Positions 19,267 to 27,074 of a DNA stretch of 28,374 nt are shown in pieces (position 1 is the first letter of the stretch; each line of letters starts with the position of its first letter). Origin of the DNA: a bacterium (GTDB lineage Bacteria; JAMCPX01); the NCBI GenBank assembly GCA_037439545.1, contig JBBIVV010000006.1:1-28374 (forward strand). Direction: 5' to 3'. The translations under genes were made by a program, and so were the position numbers. A model generated the notes under the pieces. The model did not search any database. It was not told where the DNA came from and saw only the letters and a program-made list of their open reading frames with translations.

Positions 19267-20712
19267 TCAGAACACGTAGTTCGCTTTGAGAAATACTTCC
19301 GAGTTGTTTATAATGCTGCCGAAGACCGTCCCGCTGTCGCCTGCAAACAGATAACTGCCAAGAGACATGGTTATATTGTCGTACGGCATCCAGTCGAGCT
19401 CAGGGTAGAACATAGAGCCCGTAAGGTTATGCGGCGCTATCTCAAACATTATTGCTATCTGTGCCTTGAGCTTGTCATAAAGGAAACTCTTGTTGGACAT
19501 AAGCGTAATATAATTCTGGAGCTGACTGCCTATCTCATAAAATTGTCCGTGAAGGAATTGAAGATTCATGTAAGTACCGTCGTTAAATGAATAATCGGTT
19601 CCCAATACATATTTTATAAACGGTGAAGTTGCTATGTCGTAGGATACCGCTGTATACGGCTTATTCATGACATAACTGCTGAACCTGACCGGTTGCCGGG
19701 GTATGTTCAGAGCAACCTCACCCCAAATGCCGTGATCTCCTATAGAACCAGCAAAATCACCGCCTATAATCGATAGTCTTGGAAAATCGAGATTTGCATT
19801 CGCTATGATGCCGTTCGAGGCTGCAGTAATATTGGCAGACGTCAGTTCAGGCAATGAATACCAGCCGTTATAATAACTCAAGGAAACGTCATAATTTAAC
19901 AACGCCTTCTTTGCTATCCTGAAGCCATAGCTCAGATTATCGGGCATTGATTGCGCAGGTTCGTTCAGATTTACAGTGGTCTGATTTATATGGAGCCACG
20001 ATGGTATGGGAATGGATGGAATAAAAGCAGTCAGCCATTTGTCTGCAGAAAGCACGGACGGGACGAATAAAGGTTCTATCACACCCGTCAATGAAATATC
20101 ATACGGAAAATAATATTCTCCGACAAGCAATGGAACCGGCAGTTTGTTATTAAAGCTAAAGGGGTCCTCGAGATCGTACGGGTTGACATTGTTTATCACA
20201 TTCAGTTCATCGGCAGTACCCCAGTTGAGAATCTGTTTCCCTAACTTTATGTCCAGGTTTTCAAGAAGAAAACTGTAAAATTCGACATAGACCTGTCTTA
20301 CATCGAGGTAGGTAGGCGGCTCTGAACTATACTGCTGAAGCTGCGGCATGTATGTCGTCGACTGGGATATCCCAAACCCACGAAGCCATACCTCGCCATA
20401 GGCGTAAAGCTCATGCACCTTTTTAGAAGCCTTGAGTGTAAGCCTGTACTCTTCCCTGCTGAGTGCACCGTCAGAGGTCACAGTCCTCGTATCTACCAGT
20501 ATACTGCCGGAAACGGGGCTGTCTGCATGGGCAGGGCTTATGGTATACAGGGAAATGAGAATAATAAACAAGAGCATGAGGAGATAAAATAACACACCCC
20601 GGCCCCTCTCCCAGATGGGCCCCCCGCCTCTTAATAGAGGAGGGATTTCTGTCGTGGATGTCCCCTTTAAAAAGAGGGGACAATGGAGTGTGTAAAAAAA
20701 TCTACTTCTCAC
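19267..20712 (-). CDS. Outer-membrane beta-barrel protein (DUF1302-like); start uncertain
   Basis: Signal peptide ending AHA; DIKLGKQILNWGTAD..VNP.D; alternating beta strands; C-terminal Phe (KANYVF); GTGA overlap with the upstream stop. Confidence 0.75.
   Translation of the reverse strand: MRSRFFYTLHCPLFLKGTSTTEIPPLLRGGGPIWERGRGVLFYLLMLLFIILISLYTISPAHADSPVSGSILVDTRTVTSDGALSREEYRLTLKASKKVHELYAYGEVWLRGFGISQSTTYMPQLQQYSSEPPTYLDVRQVYVEFYSFLLENLDIKLGKQILNWGTADELNVINNVNPYDLEDPFSFNNKLPVPLLVGEYYFPYDISLTGVIEPLFVPSVLSADKWLTAFIPSIPIPSWLHINQTTVNLNEPAQSMPDNLSYGFRIAKKALLNYDVSLSYYNGWYSLPELTSANITAASNGIIANANLDFPRLSIIGGDFAGSIGDHGIWGEVALNIPRQPVRFSSYVMNKPYTAVSYDIATSPFIKYVLGTDYSFNDGTYMNLQFLHGQFYEIGSQLQNYITLMSNKSFLYDKLKAQIAIMFEIAPHNLTGSMFYPELDWMPYDNITMSLGSYLFAGDSGTVFGSIINNSEVFLKANYVF
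20593..20682. repeat. Cluster of REP-like GC-rich palindromes at the 5' end of the barrel gene
   Basis: TGTCCCCT-ttaaaaag-AGGGGACA (20659-20682); CCCGCCTCT-taat-AGAGGAGGG (20623-20644); CACCCCGGCCCCTCTCCC half-site. Confidence 0.7.
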
Positions 20713-22478
20713 AGGAACGCCTTCTTCGGGTCGAACAGCCGCATAGTGATCAATGTTTCAAGAGATGGATACTCTACGGGTTTCAGTTTATCTGCTATTT
20801 TTACATCCCACCCTGTTTTTTCCTTCACGGCCTTTATGTGTGCATCGATATCCAAACCTTTTTTGTTCTGGTATCTCGTAAAGATGAGCTCTCCGCTCCC
20901 GTCTTTTTCAAATACACCCATATCGGTCACCACCGTGCTTACCTTTTTGCCCGGTGCCGTAATATAAGATACCTTATCCACAAAGCGCATCTGGTTCAAT
21001 GGACAAACAATGATTGTTTCCCTTGCACCTGCGGAAACGTCATTACCTCCGCCTGATCCGACAAGGAAAATACCATCACCGACCCTTGTCGAATTAATGT
21101 TCCCGAACCTATCGACCTGACCTGCGCCAATGATACCGATTGTCTGATTTGAATATCCGCCAACCATAAGGCCCAGTGCATCATAGGCACTGGTGAGCAT
21201 CTTACAGGTGGGAATATTCGCAAAATTGAATATAAAAGGATTCCCGGGCCTTGGATAATAGCCATAAAATCCAACCTCTGCGATAAGCTCGACATCGATG
21301 TGTGACATCTTCAGTTTCAATGCAGTCAGCCATGCAGCAAGATTGGAATTGCCGATACCTGCAAGAATGGCCTTGTATCCCTGCGCCATAACCTTCTCTT
21401 CCAGTATCGCTGATGCCATGCCTGTCATGAGTTCATTCCTGGACGGCTGTCCGGACACGGATATGTCATCAGCAACATCTTTGATCTCATCCAACCATGA
21501 AAGGGGTTTTACCTTTCCCTTTAAATAGAGCAATTTCTGACTTCCGAGTTTCTTCTTGTAGTCGTCATGGTCTTTAATACCCGTTATCCAGTCGTCGATC
21601 CATGCATCAAGCTTGTCTATGGATTTTGCCGCTTCTCTGAATCCAAGTATAAAATCATAATCTTCGCTGTATGCGTCAAACTCAGAAAATCCGCTTTCTG
21701 CCATGCCGCTTGGATGCGCACCGAACTCTATCGGCACGACGGCCTTTACGAGATAGGACGGTAGTTTTGAGAGGTGCGAGTATTTACGGATCGTATCTTC
21801 ATTCACTATGTGCTCTGCCGAAAGGATTACTCCATTGCGGCTTGCGTAAGCGCCATAAAATTCTTCTGCATAAGGCGGAGTAAATAGTGCGTGGCCTGAT
21901 CTGTCGGCTGCAAATGCGTGGTATATGGATATGTCGGGATTCAATGCTTTTACCACCCCGATATCCTTTGATCCGTCGAACGGCATGGAAATTTTTTTAA
22001 AGCTGCCGGAATTTTCTACCTCCATAGTGCTGTCTGTAATTGAGTTCACCGGCAGGAAACCTACCCCCATTGCACCGGCCATCAGCCTTAAGGTAAATGC
22101 AAGTATGCTCCAATTTTCTATTTCCACCTGTTTGTTAAGGTATAGGTTCTGCACGACAATATTCGGGGTCGGCGAAGGATAAGGGTCACCCGCGTACGTG
22201 GTCACGACTTTTTTAGTCATGCCGAGATGCATCATTACTATAATATGATTGATCGCCCCGAGCGTTATTATGTCAAAACCTGGTTTTGACTTGTAAAACT
22301 GTCTTATCAGTTCATAAGAAAGCCCATACGGTATGCTGTTCGTTATACCAAGATGTATAGACATGCCCGGTTTTATAAACCGGGTAATGGCTTCCGCTGC
22401 ACCCATTATCTTGTTGTCGCCGTCATCATTGGGCAGATTAGTCAGCGATTTGATTATATTATTTATGTTTTGGTTCAT
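20709..22478 (-). CDS. Family I CoA-transferase with fused alpha and beta subunits (GctA-GctB-like)
   Basis: N-half KIM..AEAI..FIKPG, RLMAGAMGVGFLP, FGAHPS; C-half LAGIG, IAEVG (putative catalytic Glu), GAGQVDRFGNINST, GSGGGND, VVTDMGVF. Confidence 0.85.
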   Translation of the reverse strand: MNQNINNIIKSLTNLPNDDGDNKIMGAAEAITRFIKPGMSIHLGITNSIPYGLSYELIRQFYKSKPGFDIITLGAINHIIVMMHLGMTKKVVTTYAGDPYPSPTPNIVVQNLYLNKQVEIENWSILAFTLRLMAGAMGVGFLPVNSITDSTMEVENSGSFKKISMPFDGSKDIGVVKALNPDISIYHAFAADRSGHALFTPPYAEEFYGAYASRNGVILSAEHIVNEDTIRKYSHLSKLPSYLVKAVVPIEFGAHPSGMAESGFSEFDAYSEDYDFILGFREAAKSIDKLDAWIDDWITGIKDHDDYKKKLGSQKLLYLKGKVKPLSWLDEIKDVADDISVSGQPSRNELMTGMASAILEEKVMAQGYKAILAGIGNSNLAAWLTALKLKMSHIDVELIAEVGFYGYYPRPGNPFIFNFANIPTCKMLTSAYDALGLMVGGYSNQTIGIIGAGQVDRFGNINSTRVGDGIFLVGSGGGNDVSAGARETIIVCPLNQMRFVDKVSYITAPGKKVSTVVTDMGVFEKDGSGELIFTRYQNKKGLDIDAHIKAVKEKTGWDVKIADKLKPVEYPSLETLITMRLFDPKKAFL

Positions 22479-23076
22479 AAGCCCTATCCGTCAATATGTT
22501 CCATATTTTTTTTACCTGCTGGGTCGTAATTTCAATATTATTTGAGTTATCGATGATAAAATCAGAGGATTTTTGTTTTTGTTCGATGGGCATTTGGGCA
22601 CGCATCCGTTGAAGAATATGTTCATAGGACATTGCAGGATTCCTCTTCTGGATACGCTGTATCTGCACATTTCTGTCGCAGGTAACGAGTATTACCGGCC
22701 TTAGCCACGCTTCGGCATCCGCCTCAAACAATAACGGAATGTCTACGATCATAATACCTTCTTTATCCATACTCCTGCCGATCTGATGTCCGATCTGTTC
22801 AAAGACATAAGGATGAATAAGAGATTCCAGCCATTTCCTTTCTGCCGCATCTTTAAATATGATCTCGGCAAGTTTCTGCCTTTGTATCTCTGAATTAGTG
22901 TCCAGAATATCCCTGCCGTACCGGTTTACGACCATAGTGTATCCGGCTGCATCTTTTGAAAGGTAAGACCGTGCAATAACATCTGAATCGATAACGAGAG
23001 CACCGAGCGATTTAAATATATCTACAACAGTAGATTTTCCGGTTCCGATACCGCCTGTGAGTGAAACAATTTTCAT
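22459..23076 (-). CDS. coaE: Dephospho-CoA kinase
   Basis: LTGGIGTGKSTV, LESLIHP, DIPLLFE, IIDN. Confidence 0.96.
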   Translation of the reverse strand: MKIVSLTGGIGTGKSTVVDIFKSLGALVIDSDVIARSYLSKDAAGYTMVVNRYGRDILDTNSEIQRQKLAEIIFKDAAERKWLESLIHPYVFEQIGHQIGRSMDKEGIMIVDIPLLFEADAEAWLRPVILVTCDRNVQIQRIQKRNPAMSYEHILQRMRAQMPIEQKQKSSDFIIDNSNNIEITTQQVKKIWNILTDRAYEPKHK

Positions 23077-23082
23077 GAAAAA

Positions 23083-23111
23083 GATTTATGTTATATTGAT
23101 TATAATGTCAA
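23083..23111 (-). promoter_or_regulatory. Putative leaderless promoter of coaE
   Basis: TTGACA, 17 bp, TAAATC, 6 nt, ATG; no SD. Confidence 0.55.
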
Positions 23112-23134
23112 GAATAAGAGAACATCACCGGGTC

Positions 23135-23641
23135 TTATGTGCCTTGTTTTTCATTCTTGAGGGACTTCAGATATGACTCCCTTTTGAGAAGAGACGCGTG
23201 ATCGATAAGCGTAATACCGTTGAGATGGTCCATCTCGTGCTGAATCGCAGTTGCGAGCAATCCGTCCGCTTCTATAATCAAGTCCTTACCGTGCCTGTCG
23301 TAACCTTTGACGACAATCCTCGCGTACCGCCTGACTTCTGCTCCAAATCCCGGAAGACTCAAACATCTTTCTTCTATGGACGACTCTCCTTCCGACTCAA
23401 CGATAGACGGGTTTATTACGGTAAAGGATTTATTTTCAGCATTCTCTGCGGGTACATCGACTACAAATAGTGCATTGGTATCGCCGACCTGAGTTGCGGC
23501 AAGCCCTATGCCGGATGCACCATGCATTGTTTCATACATATCATCGATGAACTTCTGCAATGATCCGTCTATATTTTTTACAGGCTTTGCCTTTTGTTTG
23601 AGTATGCTTTCGGGATAAACGTATATTTTAAACACAGACAT
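23135..23641 (-). CDS. def: Peptide deformylase, motif 2 variant ERCLS
   Basis: GIGLAATQ, EERCLS, QHEMDHLNG; TAATG overlap with the upstream gene. Confidence 0.95.
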   Translation of the reverse strand: MSVFKIYVYPESILKQKAKPVKNIDGSLQKFIDDMYETMHGASGIGLAATQVGDTNALFVVDVPAENAENKSFTVINPSIVESEGESSIEERCLSLPGFGAEVRRYARIVVKGYDRHGKDLIIEADGLLATAIQHEMDHLNGITLIDHASLLKRESYLKSLKNEKQGT

Positions 23642-25047
23642 TATCCAACCTTATCAAGAAGCTCCAGTTGCTTTTTTGACTCCTTATGTTCAGGGTTATG
23701 TACGAGCGCCTTCAGGAAATATCCCCGCGCGGTCTTATAATCTTCTTTATTCTTGTATATAACTCCAAGATAATAGTAATTCCGCGCTTCTGCGGGATTC
23801 AGCTCGATAGCCGCCGAGAAATTCTTTTCTGCTGCATCGACATCGACGTTATGTCCCTGGAAATTCATCGTCTCGAGAATAGCCAGTCCGGTGTAGTATT
23901 CCGATATTGAAGGATCGTTTTTAATGGCATCTTTAAAAGCACCATAAGCCGCCGTATAATTTTTTTTGTTTACAAAATTCTTGCCTTTTTCGAAGTTCTC
24001 CCGTGCAAGTATCGGATCGGCATCTGCAAACAATATGCTCTTATCCTGATCATTTATTTCCGTAATATATTTTTCTCTTGTTGCGTCTTTATAAAGAACG
24101 GTAAAAGCTTCAAGGACCTGATTGTATATTTTAAGTGCGAGCGGTTTTATGTCTTTGAACTCTGCGTTTACAAACCTGTCCGGGTGGTACTTTTTAGAAA
24201 GAACGGTGAACGCAGATAGAATCTGTTCTTTCGAGGCGTTCATATCAAGACCGAGTTTTTCAAAAAGGTTCATGGTCTGGAATTGCTCGAGTTTCTGTTC
24301 TATTTCTGTTACCAATGATGGAGTTGCAACCGGGCCCTTCTTTTCTTCACCCTGGTATATAAAACCGAGCAGCTTCAGTAAACCCACAATCTGAATGGTT
24401 TTTAATTCACCCAAGCCGGAATCCGTCACGATTTCGCTTAAAGCCCTGTTGCCGTCCACCAAACTGTAAACCTTTTCGCCGTCTGTGCCTTTGATAATAC
24501 TGAGCTCGTCCATCATGCCTGAGGTCGTCTGGAGTATAGTGTTTCCTGAGCCTATAGTTTCTTTCAGCTTGTCGGGACTGAATTTTCTCTTTATACCTTC
24601 AATCATAAGTGTCCACATGCTCAAGTCCAGTGTTATAATCTCATTGCTGAAATGGGCATTTTCTATGAAATTATACTCAGCATCATCGAGTTCAAATACT
24701 GAATAAATAATTTCTGAAACCTGCTTGAGGACAAGATCAAAAAGCTGTTCCGGCGTTATAATACCGGTGTTAACAAGGACCGTTCCGAGTCTGCTGCCCG
24801 ATTTCATGACATCTTTAAGAGCCGTATCCAGTTGCTCCTCCGTGACGAGGTTCAATCTCAGTACCATTGCTCCCATTCTGTCCGACGGTGAGTTGGAAGC
24901 TGAAAAAACAGGCCTGCCTTTTGAAAGGTAGACTATTTTAACTTCAGGCCCGTTCGTAAGCCTTAGTATGCCCGACACTTTGCCGTCGAAAAGACTCATA
25001 AGGAGTTTTAAAAACGATATATCTTTTAATCTGCCTTTAGTAATCAT
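23641..25047 (-). CDS. DUF4388/PATAN-like + DnaJ J-domain + TPR protein
   Basis: KGRL..LL..SGILRL..GRPVFS N-terminal domain; RLGTVLV; J-domain LSKKYHPDRF; C-terminal TPRs (YYYLGVIY). Confidence 0.85.
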   Translation of the reverse strand: MITKGRLKDISFLKLLMSLFDGKVSGILRLTNGPEVKIVYLSKGRPVFSASNSPSDRMGAMVLRLNLVTEEQLDTALKDVMKSGSRLGTVLVNTGIITPEQLFDLVLKQVSEIIYSVFELDDAEYNFIENAHFSNEIITLDLSMWTLMIEGIKRKFSPDKLKETIGSGNTILQTTSGMMDELSIIKGTDGEKVYSLVDGNRALSEIVTDSGLGELKTIQIVGLLKLLGFIYQGEEKKGPVATPSLVTEIEQKLEQFQTMNLFEKLGLDMNASKEQILSAFTVLSKKYHPDRFVNAEFKDIKPLALKIYNQVLEAFTVLYKDATREKYITEINDQDKSILFADADPILARENFEKGKNFVNKKNYTAAYGAFKDAIKNDPSISEYYTGLAILETMNFQGHNVDVDAAEKNFSAAIELNPAEARNYYYLGVIYKNKEDYKTARGYFLKALVHNPEHKESKKQLELLDKVG

Positions 25048-25053
25048 TACTTA

Positions 25054-25083
25054 ATAATAAGCACAGCTATAAAATCTATTCAA
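25054..25083 (-). promoter_or_regulatory. Putative leaderless promoter of the J-domain gene
   Basis: TTGAAT, 18 bp, TATTAT, 6 nt, ATG; no SD. Confidence 0.55.
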
Positions 25084-25522
25084 TATTTATTCTTCTGACC
25101 TTTTTCTTTGTCTTCTGATTCCTCTTGCCTGAAAGCGCTTCTTTTATACTCCATAACACCTGAAGTCGGGGATCAGAAGGATCGCTTTTCTCCAGTTTTG
25201 AGAGTTCTTCATCGACCATTTTGTTGATCGAAAAAAGTATCTCCCCTGCATCGGCAGGCATTCCTCCAATGCGCAGAGGATCGAGGAGCTTATTGATGAT
25301 CACATCCAATATCAGTTGAATCATGGTAAGCAATGAAGACAGTGACGAGACGGCAGGTGAATGATCGTATTCTTCTATTACCTGTTTAATAAATTCTATA
25401 AGCCCGTTAAGAGCAAGAATGTCTTCCCTCTTCGCAGTAAGGAAATGCTGTTTTGCCGATTCGAGCGTTTTTATCGCCTCGGGAGATATGAACCTGCCTC
25501 TGTTCTTATTATTTCTCTTCAT
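25076..25522 (-). CDS. Hypothetical helical protein with a basic C-terminal tail ending RRINIE
   Basis: 148-aa ORF with ATGA overlap to the ArsA-like stop. Confidence 0.8.
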   Translation of the reverse strand: MKRNNKNRGRFISPEAIKTLESAKQHFLTAKREDILALNGLIEFIKQVIEEYDHSPAVSSLSSLLTMIQLILDVIINKLLDPLRIGGMPADAGEILFSINKMVDEELSKLEKSDPSDPRLQVLWSIKEALSGKRNQKTKKKVRRINIE

Positions 25523-26679
25523 ACAAATAGAATCTTGAGCCAGTCCCCCTCTGTTGTTGCATCTTTTATCTGCCTCGTTTGCAGCGCCCTTGGCAGGGTA
25601 AGATTCCTCTGAAAGTTTTTTATCTTTATTATCAGTTCATCACCGCTCGTAAGCAGCGAGATGTCTTCTTTCTTTACTCCGGGTAATTTTATCATCAGCA
25701 TAAAATTATCTCCCTTTTTGCTTATCTTAACAGGAGATTCCCTGTTGAAACACTTCGTAGGGTCATCGTCTTTAAATAATGCCTCTGCAAATTTCGATAA
25801 GGCGCTCATGCCGACCATTTCTTTGTTGTACAGTATCGATTTAAAAATCGGTGTGCCGTGAAAGACCCTCGATATATGTTTTATGTGCTTGTCCTGTATG
25901 TCGATCCAGTTGGACAAGTAAGAGTTATTTACCTCCTGGGGATAGATCTTATTCACGACAACTGCATCGACGGTAAACCCGAACATATTCAAATAGGTAT
26001 ATGCCCGCTGGGACTCATTGATAACCATCTTCTCAGGATTAACGACAAGTCTTATTGTCGTGACCTTGTTGTCGACGAGTAACTCTTTGATCTTGATCAT
26101 CTTCAGGTATACCTGTTCTATTGAAGCATATACTTCATCTTTCGGGAACGGTATGCGGGTCAGCTTCTCGGCAGCGGGTCTGACAATCTTCGCTATTTTC
26201 CTGCCTATGTTGAAAAATTTATCCATATACCATTGAAATATCTCCGGGAAACTCAGGAGTCTTATGGTACTGGCTGTCGGGGCGCAATCAATGACCGCAG
26301 TGTCATATCTACCCTCCTGTTTAAATTCAAGCAGTTTGAGCAGACTGAATAATTCCTCCATACCGGGCAATGTTGCAAGCTCTTCTGCCATCAATTCATC
26401 GAGTCCCTGGCTCTCCAGCAGCAATTTTATATAAGATTCAATTCTCCCCCAATTGTTCGCTATTTCTTTATGTACGTCGATCTCCTGTCCATAGAGGTTT
26501 TTACCCAACTCCTGAGGTTCACTGCCTATTTGCAGGGCAAATGCATCGGAAAGGCTGTGCGCAGGATCCGTGCTGAGCACAATTGTCTTGTGTCCGAACT
26601 CAGAAGCCCTGAGTGCCGTAGCCGCTGATACTGTGGTTTTACCGACTCCGCCTTTACCGGTATATAATATTACGCGCAT
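25519..26679 (-). CDS. ArsA/Get3-family ATPase with C-terminal HSP20/alpha-crystallin-like domain
   Basis: GKGGVGKTT, STDPAHSL, LPGMEE, DCAPT, VVNK; C-terminal LMIKLPGVKKEDISL..GDELIIKI..RNLTLP..L..ATTEGDWLKILF. Confidence 0.92.
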   Translation of the reverse strand: MRVILYTGKGGVGKTTVSAATALRASEFGHKTIVLSTDPAHSLSDAFALQIGSEPQELGKNLYGQEIDVHKEIANNWGRIESYIKLLLESQGLDELMAEELATLPGMEELFSLLKLLEFKQEGRYDTAVIDCAPTASTIRLLSFPEIFQWYMDKFFNIGRKIAKIVRPAAEKLTRIPFPKDEVYASIEQVYLKMIKIKELLVDNKVTTIRLVVNPEKMVINESQRAYTYLNMFGFTVDAVVVNKIYPQEVNNSYLSNWIDIQDKHIKHISRVFHGTPIFKSILYNKEMVGMSALSKFAEALFKDDDPTKCFNRESPVKISKKGDNFMLMIKLPGVKKEDISLLTSGDELIIKIKNFQRNLTLPRALQTRQIKDATTEGDWLKILFV

Positions 26680-26685
26680 ATGAAT

Positions 26686-26714
26686 ACTTTAAATTTTTAA
26701 AATGGAATGGTCAA
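26686..26714 (-). promoter_or_regulatory. Putative leaderless promoter of the ArsA-like gene
   Basis: TTGACC, 17 bp, TAAAGT, 6 nt, ATG; no SD. Confidence 0.65.
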
Positions 26715-26729
26715 TCATAATGTGTACCA

Positions 26730-26991
26730 TGTCATTTAAAGCTGAAAAGTAGAGTGGTATAGAATCTCCCTTAAAAGGAGGGAGACCTATGCAACTGCAC
26801 AAACGTTTTACCACTGAGCAAGTAACTGCTATTTTGAAAGGGTACGAAGGAGGACAATTAACAGTAGAAGATGCCTTGGAAGTATTGGAAATAAAACCAG
26901 CTACTTTCTATAAGTTGCTCAAGCGTTATCGGCCTTTCCTAAACTCCACTTTTGAACTTTACTGCACTCTACTTTTCAACTTTTCCTAACA
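26730..26991 (+). mobile_element. Internally deleted IS (MITE-like, 262 bp), ISNCY/IS1202/IS481-type TGT...ACA ends
   Basis: 27-bp terminal IRs TGTCATTTAAAGCTGAAAAGTAGAGTG versus (reverse complement) TGTTAGGAAAAGTTGAAAAGTAGAGTG, 22/27 identical; extra subterminal copy near 26944-26961. Confidence 0.85.
26789..26989 (+). pseudogene. Truncated transposase: N-terminal HTH read into the right IR
   Basis: MQLHKRFT..LTVEDALEVLEIKPATFYKLLKRYR HTH; no DDE core; SD lies within a TCTCCCT/AGGGAGA hairpin. Confidence 0.8.
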
Positions 26992-27074
26992 CAAGAAAGT
27001 TTGCATGTTCAGCTTGACATTCCATCTCCGATACCTTAGAAAAACCTTGATCCTATAAAATCAGGAGAAACGTA

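Noticed and set aside
1207..26576. Many opposite-strand or alternate-frame ORFs (for example 1207-1851, 5392-5940, 8274-8849, 14796-15350)
   Set aside because: They shadow well-supported genes and show no recognisable motifs
25519..26679. Arsenic resistance ATPase arsA
   Set aside because: Single ATPase domain, no metalloid-binding Cys cluster, HSP20-like tail and no arsR/B/C/D nearby
26702..27025. Outer inverted match TTGAC(C)ATTCCAT flanking the IS remnant
   Set aside because: Only about 12 bp with an indel and largely explained by two divergent -35 boxes
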